Shown here in pieces: positions 8,408 through 18,454 of a stretch of DNA of 64,000 nt (the stretch's first letter is position 1; each line of letters begins with the position of its first letter). Source of the DNA: Promethearchaeota archaeon (GTDB lineage Archaea > Asgardarchaeota > Lokiarchaeia > Sigyniarchaeales > SOKP01); assembly GCA_019058295.1 (NCBI GenBank), contig JAHPZI010000022.1, positions 92,316 to 156,315 of the forward strand. The letters are read 5' to 3'. Below the pieces are notes generated by a model. The model worked only from the letters and a program-made list of their open reading frames with translations, ran no database searches and was not told the DNA's origin. The translations under genes and the position numbers were made by a program.

Positions 8408-8884
8408 TTAAACGCCTCCTATTGGCTCAAATCCCGCAATATCATCGGGATGTCCTTTTATATTTTTTGCCCATACTACTTTTAATTTCATACCTGTTTT
8501 CAAATCTTCTGGATTTATATTTAGAACTGGTACAATCATAGCGGTATCTGCTCCATCAATTTGGACCAGTCCTACAATCTGATCTTTTTTCACGTTTCTT
8601 GATTTTCGCTCAGATATTTTAATATTCGTGACAGTAAAATTCTTTAGTATACCAGTTTCAGGTAAGTCAATAAAATCTTCAGCCTTCGCAAAGCAATCTC
8701 CACATCTATTTCTAGGCGGTAGAAAAACTTTACCACATTTAGAGCATTTAGTACCTATAAATTTTTTCTCTTGAAGTCCATCATAGAATTTATCCATGAC
8801 TATTCCGACCCAAAAGTTAAATTCAGCACGTACCATACCTTTTGTAATAGTTACATCTTGCTCATCATCCAAATTTAATGTCAA
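8408..8884 (-). CDS. DUF35 Zn-ribbon/OB-fold protein
   Basis: GTKCSKCGKVFLPPRNRCGDC, DGADT; TTG start. Confidence 0.88.
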   Translation of the reverse strand: MTLNLDDEQDVTITKGMVRAEFNFWVGIVMDKFYDGLQEKKFIGTKCSKCGKVFLPPRNRCGDCFAKAEDFIDLPETGILKNFTVTNIKISERKSRNVKKDQIVGLVQIDGADTAMIVPVLNINPEDLKTGMKLKVVWAKNIKGHPDDIAGFEPIGGV

Positions 8885-9133
8885 TATCTTTCACTCTTTT
8901 ATTTTTTTTAGAGATCTAAAATTTTTTTTAATGAATAATATTTTACAGTTCTATTATATATACCTTTCAAATTAAATAATGCATCTTTTGAATCTTAATT
9001 TAAAAGTAAAAAAAATAAAAAACATATAACATGAGAACGCTCAAATTGTAAAAATTAGTTGTACTTATTCAGAGAAATAGAAATGTTATTTTATTAAAAG
9101 AAATAAAAAAAAATTGAAATTATTTAAAGCTTC

Positions 9134-10027
9134 TTAATATACATCTCTTTTATGTAGATGGAAGATCTCTACCGTTTCTTCTGGAGTAGCTATTTCACGT
9201 CCTGCTATTTTAGCAACTTTAGCTGCCCACTCTACTTGCTCATAAGAACCTTTAGCTAATGCACCGTCTATAGTTCGGATATTATCTTCTAAACCAACCC
9301 TTATATGACCTCCCATTACGGAAGCGCACATTCCTGCTCGAAACTGATCTTTTGCTACTCCACATACACTCCAAGTAGCATCAGGGGGTTTTAGAGCTAA
9401 AAGACTAGCTAGATTTTGGTAGGAAAATGGAATTCCTCCTAGCACTCCAAATACAAACTGGAAGTGAAGCGGTTGATCGAATAAACCTTCTTGTTTATTA
9501 AGGAATAGGATATTATAAAGACCTCCCATATCATACACTTCTATTTCCGGTTTTGACCCAGCTTTTTTCATTTTTTTAGCAAACTTTTGAATCATTGAGA
9601 AATTGTTCATAAAAACCATTGTGGGGGCAAGTAATACTTTCCCTGTTTTATGGTCGCCTACACTAAAGTTCATAGAATTTGTATTTAAAGAGCAAAGAGG
9701 TGGCATATATGTTTCAACAGGTTTTATTCTCTGTTTCTCTGTTGCAACCTGACTGATGGCAGTGCTTAAATTAATAAGAATATCCGGTGCTTTCTCTTTG
9801 ATATTATCTATTACAGCTTTTATAATATCCAATTCATGGGTAGGATTTCCTTTTTCTGGGTCTCTGGCGTGGATATGAACAATTGAAGCTCCTGCTTCAT
9901 AACATTTTTTTGCTTCGTTCCCAAATTCTTCTGCTGTGTATGGAACATTTTCATTTTGAGATTTCACAGTTGCGGCGCCAGCTAACGCGGCACTAATAAC
10001 CAATTTATCTGATAACTCGTCTGACAT
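9134..10027 (-). CDS. kce: 3-keto-5-aminohexanoate cleavage enzyme family (BKACE/DUF849)
   Basis: AGASIVHIHARD, KPEIEVYD, GGHIRVGLEDN, REIATPEE. Confidence 0.9.
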   Translation of the reverse strand: MSDELSDKLVISAALAGAATVKSQNENVPYTAEEFGNEAKKCYEAGASIVHIHARDPEKGNPTHELDIIKAVIDNIKEKAPDILINLSTAISQVATEKQRIKPVETYMPPLCSLNTNSMNFSVGDHKTGKVLLAPTMVFMNNFSMIQKFAKKMKKAGSKPEIEVYDMGGLYNILFLNKQEGLFDQPLHFQFVFGVLGGIPFSYQNLASLLALKPPDATWSVCGVAKDQFRAGMCASVMGGHIRVGLEDNIRTIDGALAKGSYEQVEWAAKVAKIAGREIATPEETVEIFHLHKRDVY

Positions 10028-10174
10028 TTTTAATCACGATTTCATATTTATTTTGAATAATTAAGTTATTGATAAATTATTAAATACATTAATATTTAAA
10101 TTTTAAAAACAACGCATTAAATTATGTTTTTTTATTTTATATAGTTTAAATTAAGAATTAATATAGTATAGAAG

Positions 10175-11278
10175 TTGATAATAATGTCCGATAAATTTTG
10201 GTATAAAGTTGCAAAAAATATTATGCAAGCTGGGCAGATACCTTTGCCTATTACAGATACATTTATTGAATTTCTTCAAACTGTAATTACAGAGGAGCAA
10301 GCAAAATTTCTATTGATTTATAATAAGTCTTCTTTGAACATAGACCAAATTAAAGATAGAACTGATTTAGATGATGATGCGTTAAATAAAATGTTAAACG
10401 ATTTAATGAATAATGGGATTATTATGAGTGTTCCAAGTGAAATCTATCGCCTTAATCCGCCTCTTCCAGGAATTATTGAGTTTTCTTTAATGAGAGGTAT
10501 AACGAGTGATAAATATAAAAGATTAGCCGAATTAGTAGAAAGATATTTTGATGAACTAGGGGCGAAAATTCAGCAGAATTACGAAAGTGTCTCAAAAGTA
10601 TATACAAAGATCCCAGCGTTTGATAGAATCATTCCAGTCGGGAAAGAGGTGAAAGTTGGTAGTGAGATCATAATACCATATGAAGATGTAGAGAAATATT
10701 TAGAAAAAGTTGGAAAAGAAGAAAATAATATTGCTGTTGGTCATTGTTATTGTAGACATTCCAAAGATCTACTCAATGATCCATGCAAATTAAATGCTCC
10801 AAAATTGAATTGCATTCTTTTTGATAAAGCAGCTAAATTTGCCATTGAACATAACTTTGCTAGTCCTATTTCAAAAGAGGAGGCACTGAAAATCTTTAGG
10901 GAAGCTGAAGATTATGGTCTCGTTCATAGAGTTTTTCATGAACATTTTGATCTTGAAAAAGGGATTGATTCAATTTGTAACTGCTGTCCCTGCTGTTGCG
11001 GGATCTTTTCTTTGTATCATAAAGGCGTGACACCACTCCATACAATTAGTTCTTATTTATCAAAAGTAAATGAAGAGGATTGTGTGGGTTGTGGGACGTG
11101 TGTAGAGAAGTGTCCTATGGAAGCAATTGATTTAGAGGATTCAATTGCATCAGTAAATGAAGAATTCTGCATAGGATGCGGGATTTGTGCCCATCATTGT
11201 CCTGAAGAAGCCATACATCTAGAAAGAATAGGTCCAAGAGATGTATTTATTCCTCTGAAAAAAATTGCCACAAATTAA
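10175..11278 (+). CDS. wHTH + Cys-rich + 2x[4Fe-4S] ferredoxin-domain protein (paralog 1)
   Basis: HCYCRH, ICNCCPCCC and two CxxCxxCxxxCP motifs; likely start at ATG 10184. Confidence 0.85.
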   Translation: MIIMSDKFWYKVAKNIMQAGQIPLPITDTFIEFLQTVITEEQAKFLLIYNKSSLNIDQIKDRTDLDDDALNKMLNDLMNNGIIMSVPSEIYRLNPPLPGIIEFSLMRGITSDKYKRLAELVERYFDELGAKIQQNYESVSKVYTKIPAFDRIIPVGKEVKVGSEIIIPYEDVEKYLEKVGKEENNIAVGHCYCRHSKDLLNDPCKLNAPKLNCILFDKAAKFAIEHNFASPISKEEALKIFREAEDYGLVHRVFHEHFDLEKGIDSICNCCPCCCGIFSLYHKGVTPLHTISSYLSKVNEEDCVGCGTCVEKCPMEAIDLEDSIASVNEEFCIGCGICAHHCPEEAIHLERIGPRDVFIPLKKIATN

Positions 11279-11414
11279 AACATTTAGTTTTAAGAGAAAT
11301 ATTTTAATAAGCTATAAATTGCCTATAATTTATTGTCCCAATTTAAATAAATTATGTAGTTTTATTTTATGTAGTTTAATTTTGAAAATAATATAATAAA
11401 AATGGTTAATTATA

Positions 11415-12524
11415 ATGTCTGAAAAGTTATGGTATAAAGTCGCAAGAACCATTGTAAAGGCAGGAGCTTTTCCTTTTCCTATAACGGATACTCTGATTGA
11501 ATTTCTTCAAACTGTAATTACAGAAGAGCAAGCCAAATTTCTTTTGGTCTATAAGAAGCCATCATTAACTTTAGAGCAGTTAAAAGCAAAAACAGATATG
11601 AGTGAAGAAGCAATAATTAAAATGTTGAACACATTAATGGATAATGGAATAGTTTTAGGATCTCCAAGTAGAAACACTGGCATTATGGTTTATCGTCTTA
11701 TGGGTCCGTACCCCGGAATTTTTGAATATTCGCTATTGAAAGGATTAACTGATGATAAACATAAAAGAGTAGCAGAATTAGCAGACAGATTATTTGATGA
11801 ATTAGGCACTCAATCTCAAAAAAATTATGAGTCTGTTTCAAAATTATTTAAGCAAGTGCCTGCAGTTGACCGAACCATCCCAGTTGAAAAAGAGGTGGAA
11901 GTTGGTACTGAAGTCGTCATGCCATATGAAGAATTAGAAAAATATTTAGAAGATTATGAAAAAGAAGAAAATAATATTGCTGTTGCGCATTGTTATTGTA
12001 GACACCAACATGATCTTCTCAATGATCCTTGCAAATTAGGTGCTCCAAAATTGAATTGCTTTCTTTTTGATAAATCCGCTAAATTTGCTATTGAACGTAA
12101 CTTTGCAAGTCCTATTTCAAAAGAGGACGCAATGAAAATCTTTAGGGAAGCTGAAGAATATGGTCTAGTTCATAAAGTTTTTCATATTCACTCCGATCCC
12201 AAAAAAGGTATTGAAGCAATATGTAATTGTTGCAAATGTTGTTGTGGAATTTTTGGAATGTATCATAGAGGTGTGTTACCACTTCATACAATTAGTTCAT
12301 ATATATCAAGAGTGAATGAGGAGGATTGTGTGGGCTGTGGGACATGTATAGAAAAATGTCCTTTGGAAGCAATTGATTTAGAGGATTCAATTGCAACTGT
12401 AAATGAAGAATTCTGCATAGGATGCGGCGTTTGTGCTTATCATTGTCCTGAGGAAGCCATACATCTAGAAAGAATAGGTCCAAGAGATGTGATTATTCCT
12501 CTGAAAAAAATTGCGACAAATTAA
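11415..12524 (+). CDS. wHTH + Cys-rich + 2x[4Fe-4S] ferredoxin-domain protein (paralog 2, tandem duplicate)
   Basis: Same motifs; the 3' ~220 nt are near-identical to paralog 1. Confidence 0.85.
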   Translation: MSEKLWYKVARTIVKAGAFPFPITDTLIEFLQTVITEEQAKFLLVYKKPSLTLEQLKAKTDMSEEAIIKMLNTLMDNGIVLGSPSRNTGIMVYRLMGPYPGIFEYSLLKGLTDDKHKRVAELADRLFDELGTQSQKNYESVSKLFKQVPAVDRTIPVEKEVEVGTEVVMPYEELEKYLEDYEKEENNIAVAHCYCRHQHDLLNDPCKLGAPKLNCFLFDKSAKFAIERNFASPISKEDAMKIFREAEEYGLVHKVFHIHSDPKKGIEAICNCCKCCCGIFGMYHRGVLPLHTISSYISRVNEEDCVGCGTCIEKCPLEAIDLEDSIATVNEEFCIGCGVCAYHCPEEAIHLERIGPRDVIIPLKKIATN

Positions 12525-12539
12525 AATATTTAGTTTTAA

Positions 12540-12569
12540 TGATTTTTCTTTGTTGTATGTGAAAAATCA
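12540..12569. promoter_or_regulatory. 9-bp inverted repeat upstream of the adh-aor operon (operator or terminator hairpin)
   Basis: TGATTTTTC-N12-GAAAAATCA. Confidence 0.3.
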
Positions 12570-12640
12570 CATTAAAATAAATATGATTTTATCATTTTAG
12601 ATATTATAAAATATATCTTATTATAAAAAAAAGTGATATT

Positions 12641-13951
12641 ATGTCAAGAAGAGATATTGCATGGTATGAAGACCCAAAACTTAAAAGTTTATATATCAAG
12701 GCTTCGTCTAATGCTATGAGGAATTACCACGGTCCAATAGTTACTCCAAAGACAACATTTACTGGAACAAATAGTTTAATAGATTTTGCAAATCACCTAG
12801 GTGGTTTTTTATCAGCAGAGGATAAAAGGGTATTATTAGTTGTTGATAAAGATTTACCAAAATTCGGAGAGAAAGTTGCAAAAACATTAAAAACCATGAA
12901 ACAAATCGATTCAAGAATTTTTTCAAATGTATTGCCTGAAGTTCCAAGATCCACAGTAATGGAAGCCGTTGAGGTTTGTAAAGAATATGACCCAAAAGCA
13001 ATAATAGCTATTGGTGGAGGCTCAGCAATGGATACAGCTAAAATGATTCTGTTACTTTATGAAAAACCTGAAATAAATTTAAATAATCTAATGGCCCCCT
13101 CGTACTTAGGGCTTAGGCAAAAGGTGCACCTTTTAGCGGCTATTCCAACTACTAGCGGTACAGGATCTGAAACAACATTTATAGCAGTTGTAACTGATAC
13201 AGATAGAGAACCTCCAAAAAAGACGGAAGTTGTTTTATACGAGCTTTGCCCTGATTTTGTGGTATTACATACTGATTTTGTAAAAACAATGCCACCATAC
13301 TTAACTATGGGGACTGGAATGGACGCATTATCACATGCTATGGGTTCTTATGTCTTAACTATGAGTACTGAATTTACTGATATTAATAATCTTAAGGCAA
13401 TTCAAATGATCTTAGATTATTTACCTCGCGCAATAAAACGTGGAAATGATCTTGAAGCGCGTTCAAAGATGCAATTAGGAGCATATATTGCGGGAATAGG
13501 TTTTGGAAATGTTTCAGGAGGCGTTGAACATGGTTTAGGGCATTCTTTTGGTGCTTTATTTCATGCTCATCATGGAGTTTGCGTAGGATTGTATCTTTGT
13601 ATATCCCTTGCTTTTCAATCGAAAGCCACAGATAGATTTAAAGATCTTGCCAAAGTTTTTAAAATTAACATAGAAGGTAGAGAACGAGACGAAATTTTAA
13701 AGGAATTACTGGAAAAATTACAAGCATTTATGAAATTAGTAGGATGCCCATTATCCATCAGTGAACTTGAAAAACCTAAAGTTTCTCGTGAAGAATATAT
13801 GAGTAAAATGGATCAAATGGTAGAATATGCATTTGATGACTATACAACCTTATCTTCCACTCGAAAACTTGATCCACCAACAATACGATGGATGTATGAA
13901 ATAGCATATGAAAATAAATTAGATGATATAATGGAGTTGTTTTATAAATAG
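12641..13951 (+). CDS. Iron-containing alcohol dehydrogenase
   Basis: IGGGSAMDTAK, IPTTSGTGSE, GMDALSH, HGLGH..HG metal ligands. Confidence 0.92.
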   Translation: MSRRDIAWYEDPKLKSLYIKASSNAMRNYHGPIVTPKTTFTGTNSLIDFANHLGGFLSAEDKRVLLVVDKDLPKFGEKVAKTLKTMKQIDSRIFSNVLPEVPRSTVMEAVEVCKEYDPKAIIAIGGGSAMDTAKMILLLYEKPEINLNNLMAPSYLGLRQKVHLLAAIPTTSGTGSETTFIAVVTDTDREPPKKTEVVLYELCPDFVVLHTDFVKTMPPYLTMGTGMDALSHAMGSYVLTMSTEFTDINNLKAIQMILDYLPRAIKRGNDLEARSKMQLGAYIAGIGFGNVSGGVEHGLGHSFGALFHAHHGVCVGLYLCISLAFQSKATDRFKDLAKVFKINIEGRERDEILKELLEKLQAFMKLVGCPLSISELEKPKVSREEYMSKMDQMVEYAFDDYTTLSSTRKLDPPTIRWMYEIAYENKLDDIMELFYK

Positions 13952-13966
13952 GAGGAATATGAAAAG

Positions 13967-15817
13967 ATGTTAGGATATAATGGAAAAATTGCTTATATTG
14001 ATTTAAACCTATTAAAAGTTGAGATTAAAGATTTAGATTCTACAATAGCAGAGTCCTATATTGGAGGCGTGGGGTTATCAGCAAAACTTATTTATGATTT
14101 ACTTTCAGAAGTGGATTATGACCTTCTAAAAAATGATCCCTTAGCAAATGTTAATCCTCTTGTTTTTGCAACGGGACCATTAACAGGAACAGCGACACCC
14201 TCTAGTAGTAGATATTCTGTAGCAGGGATATCACCCTTAACGGGCATTTGGGGAGAATCTACATCAGGAGGTTTTTTTCCAATAGCATTAAAGAGATCTG
14301 GATTTGATGCGTTAGTTATAACTGGAGTAGCTGATCAGGCAAAATATATAGTTATTAATGAAGGTCAAATTGAAATTAAAGATGCGAATAATATTTGGGG
14401 AAAAAATACTCGAGAAACTATCGAGATAATTAGAACTAATCTTAACGATAATAGAATCCGTATAGCTTGCATAGGGAAAGGTGGTGAGAACTTAGTAAAA
14501 TACGCTGGCATTATTAATGATGAAGGCAGAGCCGCTGGTCGTTGCGGTTTGGGAGCACTTATGGGCAAAAAAAGGTTAAAAGCAATAGCTGTTAAAGGAG
14601 GGCAACCAATCGAATATGCTGATAAAGAAACACTAACAACCACAGGAAGAAACTCTATAAAAAATATAATGAACGCATTCGCATCACAGTTTTTCAGCAA
14701 TCATGGTACTTTATGTTATACTGACATGGGAATGGTCTTAGCTGATATTCCTGCTAATTATTATACCAATACTGAATTTATCGCTGAACGCTTGACGGGA
14801 AAAGCTTTAAAAGAACAATACCCAGTTTTAAAATATGCCTGCGCAGGATGTACCATTGGTTGTGGGAAGGTTACAATTGCTGAAATAGATGGTAAGGAAG
14901 TTGAAATTGATGGTCCTGAATACGAAACAACTGCGGCTTTTGGTCCAATGTGTGGAATTTTAGACTTTAAATCTATCCTGAAAGCAAACCATATTTGTAA
15001 TCTAGAAGGGATTGATACTATTTCTAGTGGAGTTTCAATATCATTCTTAATTTATCTTGCTGAAAATAAGATTTCTATTGATAATATTTCTAAATACTTA
15101 ACCGATATTAAATTAGAAGAATTAAAATGGGGAAATGAGGAAGTAGTTTTAAAACTTCTTAATCAAATTATTAAAAGAGAAGGTATAGGAGATATTTTAG
15201 CAGAAGGCGTAAGAACTATGGCTGAAAAATTAGGTGTTGACCCCGATTTAGCAGCGCATGTAAAGGGATTAGAAATTCCTATGCATGATCCTAGAGCATA
15301 CCTTGGACAAGCGTTAACTTATATGACTTGTTGTATTGGAGCTAGTCATGAAAAAGGGGATTTCTTTAATATTGATGGTGATGCTGCTTCAATTACGAAA
15401 ATAAAAAAAGATGACCGCTTTGATATTGATGGCAGGGAAGATTCAGTTGCTACATTGCAAGATGTATGTAATATTTACGATTCCGCAGTTATTTGTAATT
15501 TCCCCCATATTAACATATCGATTCTAACGAAATTACTCAAAGTCTCTACTGGATTTGCTTCTTTAGGAAATAAGAAAAAAATGTTTTTAGCAGGCGAAAG
15601 AGGTACAAATCTTAAAAGATTGATCTCTTGTAAACTTGGATGCAAAAGAGAAGATGATTATTTACCTAAAATTGTTACGAAAGCACTAGAAACCGGAGGT
15701 TCAGCTGGGATTAAAGTTGATTTAGAAGATAACTTAAAGGCTTATTATCAATTCCGAGGTTGGGATTGGGAAACTGGCTGGCCCACTAAAGAAAAATTAG
15801 ATGAATTAGGAATATAA
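13967..15817 (+). CDS. aor: Tungsten-type aldehyde:ferredoxin oxidoreductase
   Basis: SPLTG, AAGRCGLGALMGKKRLKAI, CxxCxxxC, GPEYET, DTIS, HDPR. Confidence 0.92.
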   Translation: MLGYNGKIAYIDLNLLKVEIKDLDSTIAESYIGGVGLSAKLIYDLLSEVDYDLLKNDPLANVNPLVFATGPLTGTATPSSSRYSVAGISPLTGIWGESTSGGFFPIALKRSGFDALVITGVADQAKYIVINEGQIEIKDANNIWGKNTRETIEIIRTNLNDNRIRIACIGKGGENLVKYAGIINDEGRAAGRCGLGALMGKKRLKAIAVKGGQPIEYADKETLTTTGRNSIKNIMNAFASQFFSNHGTLCYTDMGMVLADIPANYYTNTEFIAERLTGKALKEQYPVLKYACAGCTIGCGKVTIAEIDGKEVEIDGPEYETTAAFGPMCGILDFKSILKANHICNLEGIDTISSGVSISFLIYLAENKISIDNISKYLTDIKLEELKWGNEEVVLKLLNQIIKREGIGDILAEGVRTMAEKLGVDPDLAAHVKGLEIPMHDPRAYLGQALTYMTCCIGASHEKGDFFNIDGDAASITKIKKDDRFDIDGREDSVATLQDVCNIYDSAVICNFPHINISILTKLLKVSTGFASLGNKKKMFLAGERGTNLKRLISCKLGCKREDDYLPKIVTKALETGGSAGIKVDLEDNLKAYYQFRGWDWETGWPTKEKLDELGI

Positions 15818-15861
15818 ATCCCTATTAACTTCCTTATTTTTTTTATTCTTTTTTTAATTTA

Positions 15862-16911
15862 TTATAAAAATTTTCTTAAAACTTCTCCAATTCTTTTAAT
15901 ACTATGCTGAATGTCATCTTCATTTAGTCCATAATGAGTAACAAAACGGATTCTTTGCTTATCTATATTAAAAGCTAAAATTCCTTCTTTATTAAGAGCA
16001 GTAATTACTTTAATAATACGTATATCTTGGGGAAGAGATATCATGAGTATATTGGTATCAGGTTTTTGAATTTTAATAGGGAGATCTAAATTTTCAATTC
16101 CTTCGGCAAGTGCTTTTGCATTTTTATGGTCCTCCTCGAGTCTTTTAATCCATTTTGGTTCAAGAGCTACTAAACCAAAAGAAGCGATTATTCCTGCTTG
16201 TCGCATACCTCCTCCTAATATCTTTCGAAATTTTCTTGCCTTCATAATTAAACTCTTTGAGCCTGCGACAATTGATCCTACAGGACATGAAAGTCCTTTA
16301 GACAAACAAAACATAATGCTATCAACATGTTTTGTAAATTCAGTTACCGGCATATTAATTCCAATCGCAGCATTAAAAATTCTTGCACCATCTAAATGGA
16401 ACTTTAAGTCATTCTTTTCAGCAAATTGTTTCATGTTCCGTAAATCCTCGGGTTTAATAATTGCTCCTCCATGATAATTATGAGTATCTTCAGCACATAA
16501 AAGAGTGGTAGGTGCTTTTTCTGTATCCTCCTTAGTATTTATTAAATTTTGAAGATCATCGAGCAAGGGAACCCCTCTTTTTGATGGATACCTCTTAATT
16601 TTTAATCCAGCAACTCGAGTCGCACCATCTACTTCATGTTCATAAATGTGACTAAGCTCTTCCAATAGAATTTCTTCGCCAGGATTAGTGTGTGATAATA
16701 ATGAAACAAGATTACCTTGTGTACCCGAAGTAACATATAATGCTGCTTCTTTACCTACGATTTTGGCAGCTTTTTTTTCTAACTTATTAATGGTCAGATC
16801 TTCACCATAAACATCATCTCCAATTTTTGAATTATCTAATGATTTCATATAATTCCACATTTCAGGAGAAGGTTTAGTTATCGTATCTGACCGCAAATCA
16901 ACTATTTTCAT
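15862..16911 (-). CDS. ltaE: Low-specificity L-threonine aldolase
   Basis: DLRSDT, GDDVYGED, SGTQGN, HLDGARIFNA, CLSKGL. Confidence 0.92.
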   Translation of the reverse strand: MKIVDLRSDTITKPSPEMWNYMKSLDNSKIGDDVYGEDLTINKLEKKAAKIVGKEAALYVTSGTQGNLVSLLSHTNPGEEILLEELSHIYEHEVDGATRVAGLKIKRYPSKRGVPLLDDLQNLINTKEDTEKAPTTLLCAEDTHNYHGGAIIKPEDLRNMKQFAEKNDLKFHLDGARIFNAAIGINMPVTEFTKHVDSIMFCLSKGLSCPVGSIVAGSKSLIMKARKFRKILGGGMRQAGIIASFGLVALEPKWIKRLEEDHKNAKALAEGIENLDLPIKIQKPDTNILMISLPQDIRIIKVITALNKEGILAFNIDKQRIRFVTHYGLNEDDIQHSIKRIGEVLRKFL

Positions 16912-16962
16912 AAATTTAGTCCCTAATTCTGCATTTGATTGAGTTAATAAAGAATTAAAAAA

Positions 16963-17535
16963 TTAAAAACCATATGATGGGAAAAATTCATAGAGAACAT
17001 CTTCTTCCAAATTTAATAATAATTCTGGGGAAATATCATTTACTTCTACCCTTTCAGTCCTTTTGATTTTAATCTCTTCATTATGAAGTCCCTTATTATA
17101 CCAATGTTTTAAAAGTCCTATTCTGGAAACAATTTTAGGATCTAATAAACTATGAAGAAATTCCATCCATCTTTTTATTTCCTCATCTCTCTCCATTGGA
17201 GTAAATTTTCTTCCAACTTTTATTTCTTTCTTTTTTAATTTTTCTTTTATCCACTTATCAATTTCTTCATCTGTCCATTTCTTTTTTCTTAACGTCTTGA
17301 CTTTTTTCGAGTTGAGTAAAGTTTGATAATCTTGCAGTTTATTTAATGAACCTAAGATTGTATCACAATCACAATATGCTTTCGTTGCTCGAAAATACAG
17401 ATCTCCCATTCTCAGCTGTGATTGAACAATTTCATTTGTTATTGGGGTAAACGCCATATTGTAAGTATTAAAAAGATTTCTAAATTCTTCCAATTTTGAA
17501 ATTTTTGGAAGTGTAGCAGTTATATAAAAGCACAT
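16963..17535 (-). CDS. Hypothetical protein (MC N-terminus, CDC motif)
   Basis: 190-aa ORF, co-oriented with its neighbours; no family recognised. Confidence 0.7.
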   Translation of the reverse strand: MCFYITATLPKISKLEEFRNLFNTYNMAFTPITNEIVQSQLRMGDLYFRATKAYCDCDTILGSLNKLQDYQTLLNSKKVKTLRKKKWTDEEIDKWIKEKLKKKEIKVGRKFTPMERDEEIKRWMEFLHSLLDPKIVSRIGLLKHWYNKGLHNEEIKIKRTERVEVNDISPELLLNLEEDVLYEFFPSYGF

Positions 17536-17579
17536 ATATCATCAATAAAAAAATAGATTAAAATATTAAAAAAATATTA

Positions 17580-17954
17580 TTATGATTTTAAAACAATTGT
17601 AATTGCTCTAGTTAGGCGGATCACGTCCATAACTTTTCCTTTTTCTACTGTTATTTGTTCCCTACTTATAGCATGAGTGAAATCCCCGCGTCCCTGACAA
17701 ACATTCACAATGGAATTATTATCACCTGTCATAACAATCCCAGGATTAGAGGCAGTTCCATTAATTAGTTTTGCCTTTCTCTCTTTAATTTCTACATAAA
17801 ACGGATCTTCATTATCTAGATTAAATTGAAAAGTCATTTCCCAATCTAAATCTTTTCCCGCAACATTAGTAACAAAAACCTGTTGTGCCTTAGGGATTGT
17901 ATTCATTTTTTCTATTATTTTATTGAGATTTTCGCTTGCGACGCCCATTTTCAC
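17580..17954 (-). CDS. SCP2 sterol/lipid-binding domain protein
   Basis: TFQFNLD..FYVEIK..G....P.IVMTGD pattern; start is either GTG overlapping the upstream stop or ATG at 17948. Confidence 0.8.
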   Translation of the reverse strand: MKMGVASENLNKIIEKMNTIPKAQQVFVTNVAGKDLDWEMTFQFNLDNEDPFYVEIKERKAKLINGTASNPGIVMTGDNNSIVNVCQGRGDFTHAISREQITVEKGKVMDVIRLTRAITIVLKS

Positions 17955-18454
17955 GCACTCCCCTCATATTCAGGTTTACTAATCCACATTTCATATTCAT
18001 CTTCGGGTACAAAGAAAAAATCAGTCATCTTTCCTTCACGATCTTCTCTTCGCTTAAAAACTGCTTTAACTCGTTCTCCTTTTTTTATTTTAGAAGGTAC
18101 TAAATTCTCTGAAAAGATTCCTTGTAGCAGGCCTGTGTCAGCATTATCGAGTTGAATGAAAGCAATTCCGTAAGGAACACTCTGAATGAACGCAGATGTT
18201 GTATACCAGACGATAGTACTCACTTTAATAGTTCCCGTTTGCTTCATCTCAACCCATTCGGCAGGTTCATAGCATTCCGAACAATTAATTCTTGGGGGCA
18301 TCCACGTTTTTCCACAATTTGTACATTTTGTACCTAAGAGCTTCTTATTCTCTTTTAATTCGATAAAGAATTTCGACTGACCACCCATTGTGTATTTATA
18401 TTGTATCTTGATGACATCTCTTATTTCGTGTGCTTGAAAATTATCTTCACTCAT
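17951..18454 (-). CDS. DUF35 Zn-ribbon/OB-fold protein
   Basis: GTKCTNCGKTWMPPRINCSEC; VPYGIAFIQLD. Confidence 0.88.
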   Translation of the reverse strand: MSEDNFQAHEIRDVIKIQYKYTMGGQSKFFIELKENKKLLGTKCTNCGKTWMPPRINCSECYEPAEWVEMKQTGTIKVSTIVWYTTSAFIQSVPYGIAFIQLDNADTGLLQGIFSENLVPSKIKKGERVKAVFKRREDREGKMTDFFFVPEDEYEMWISKPEYEGSA

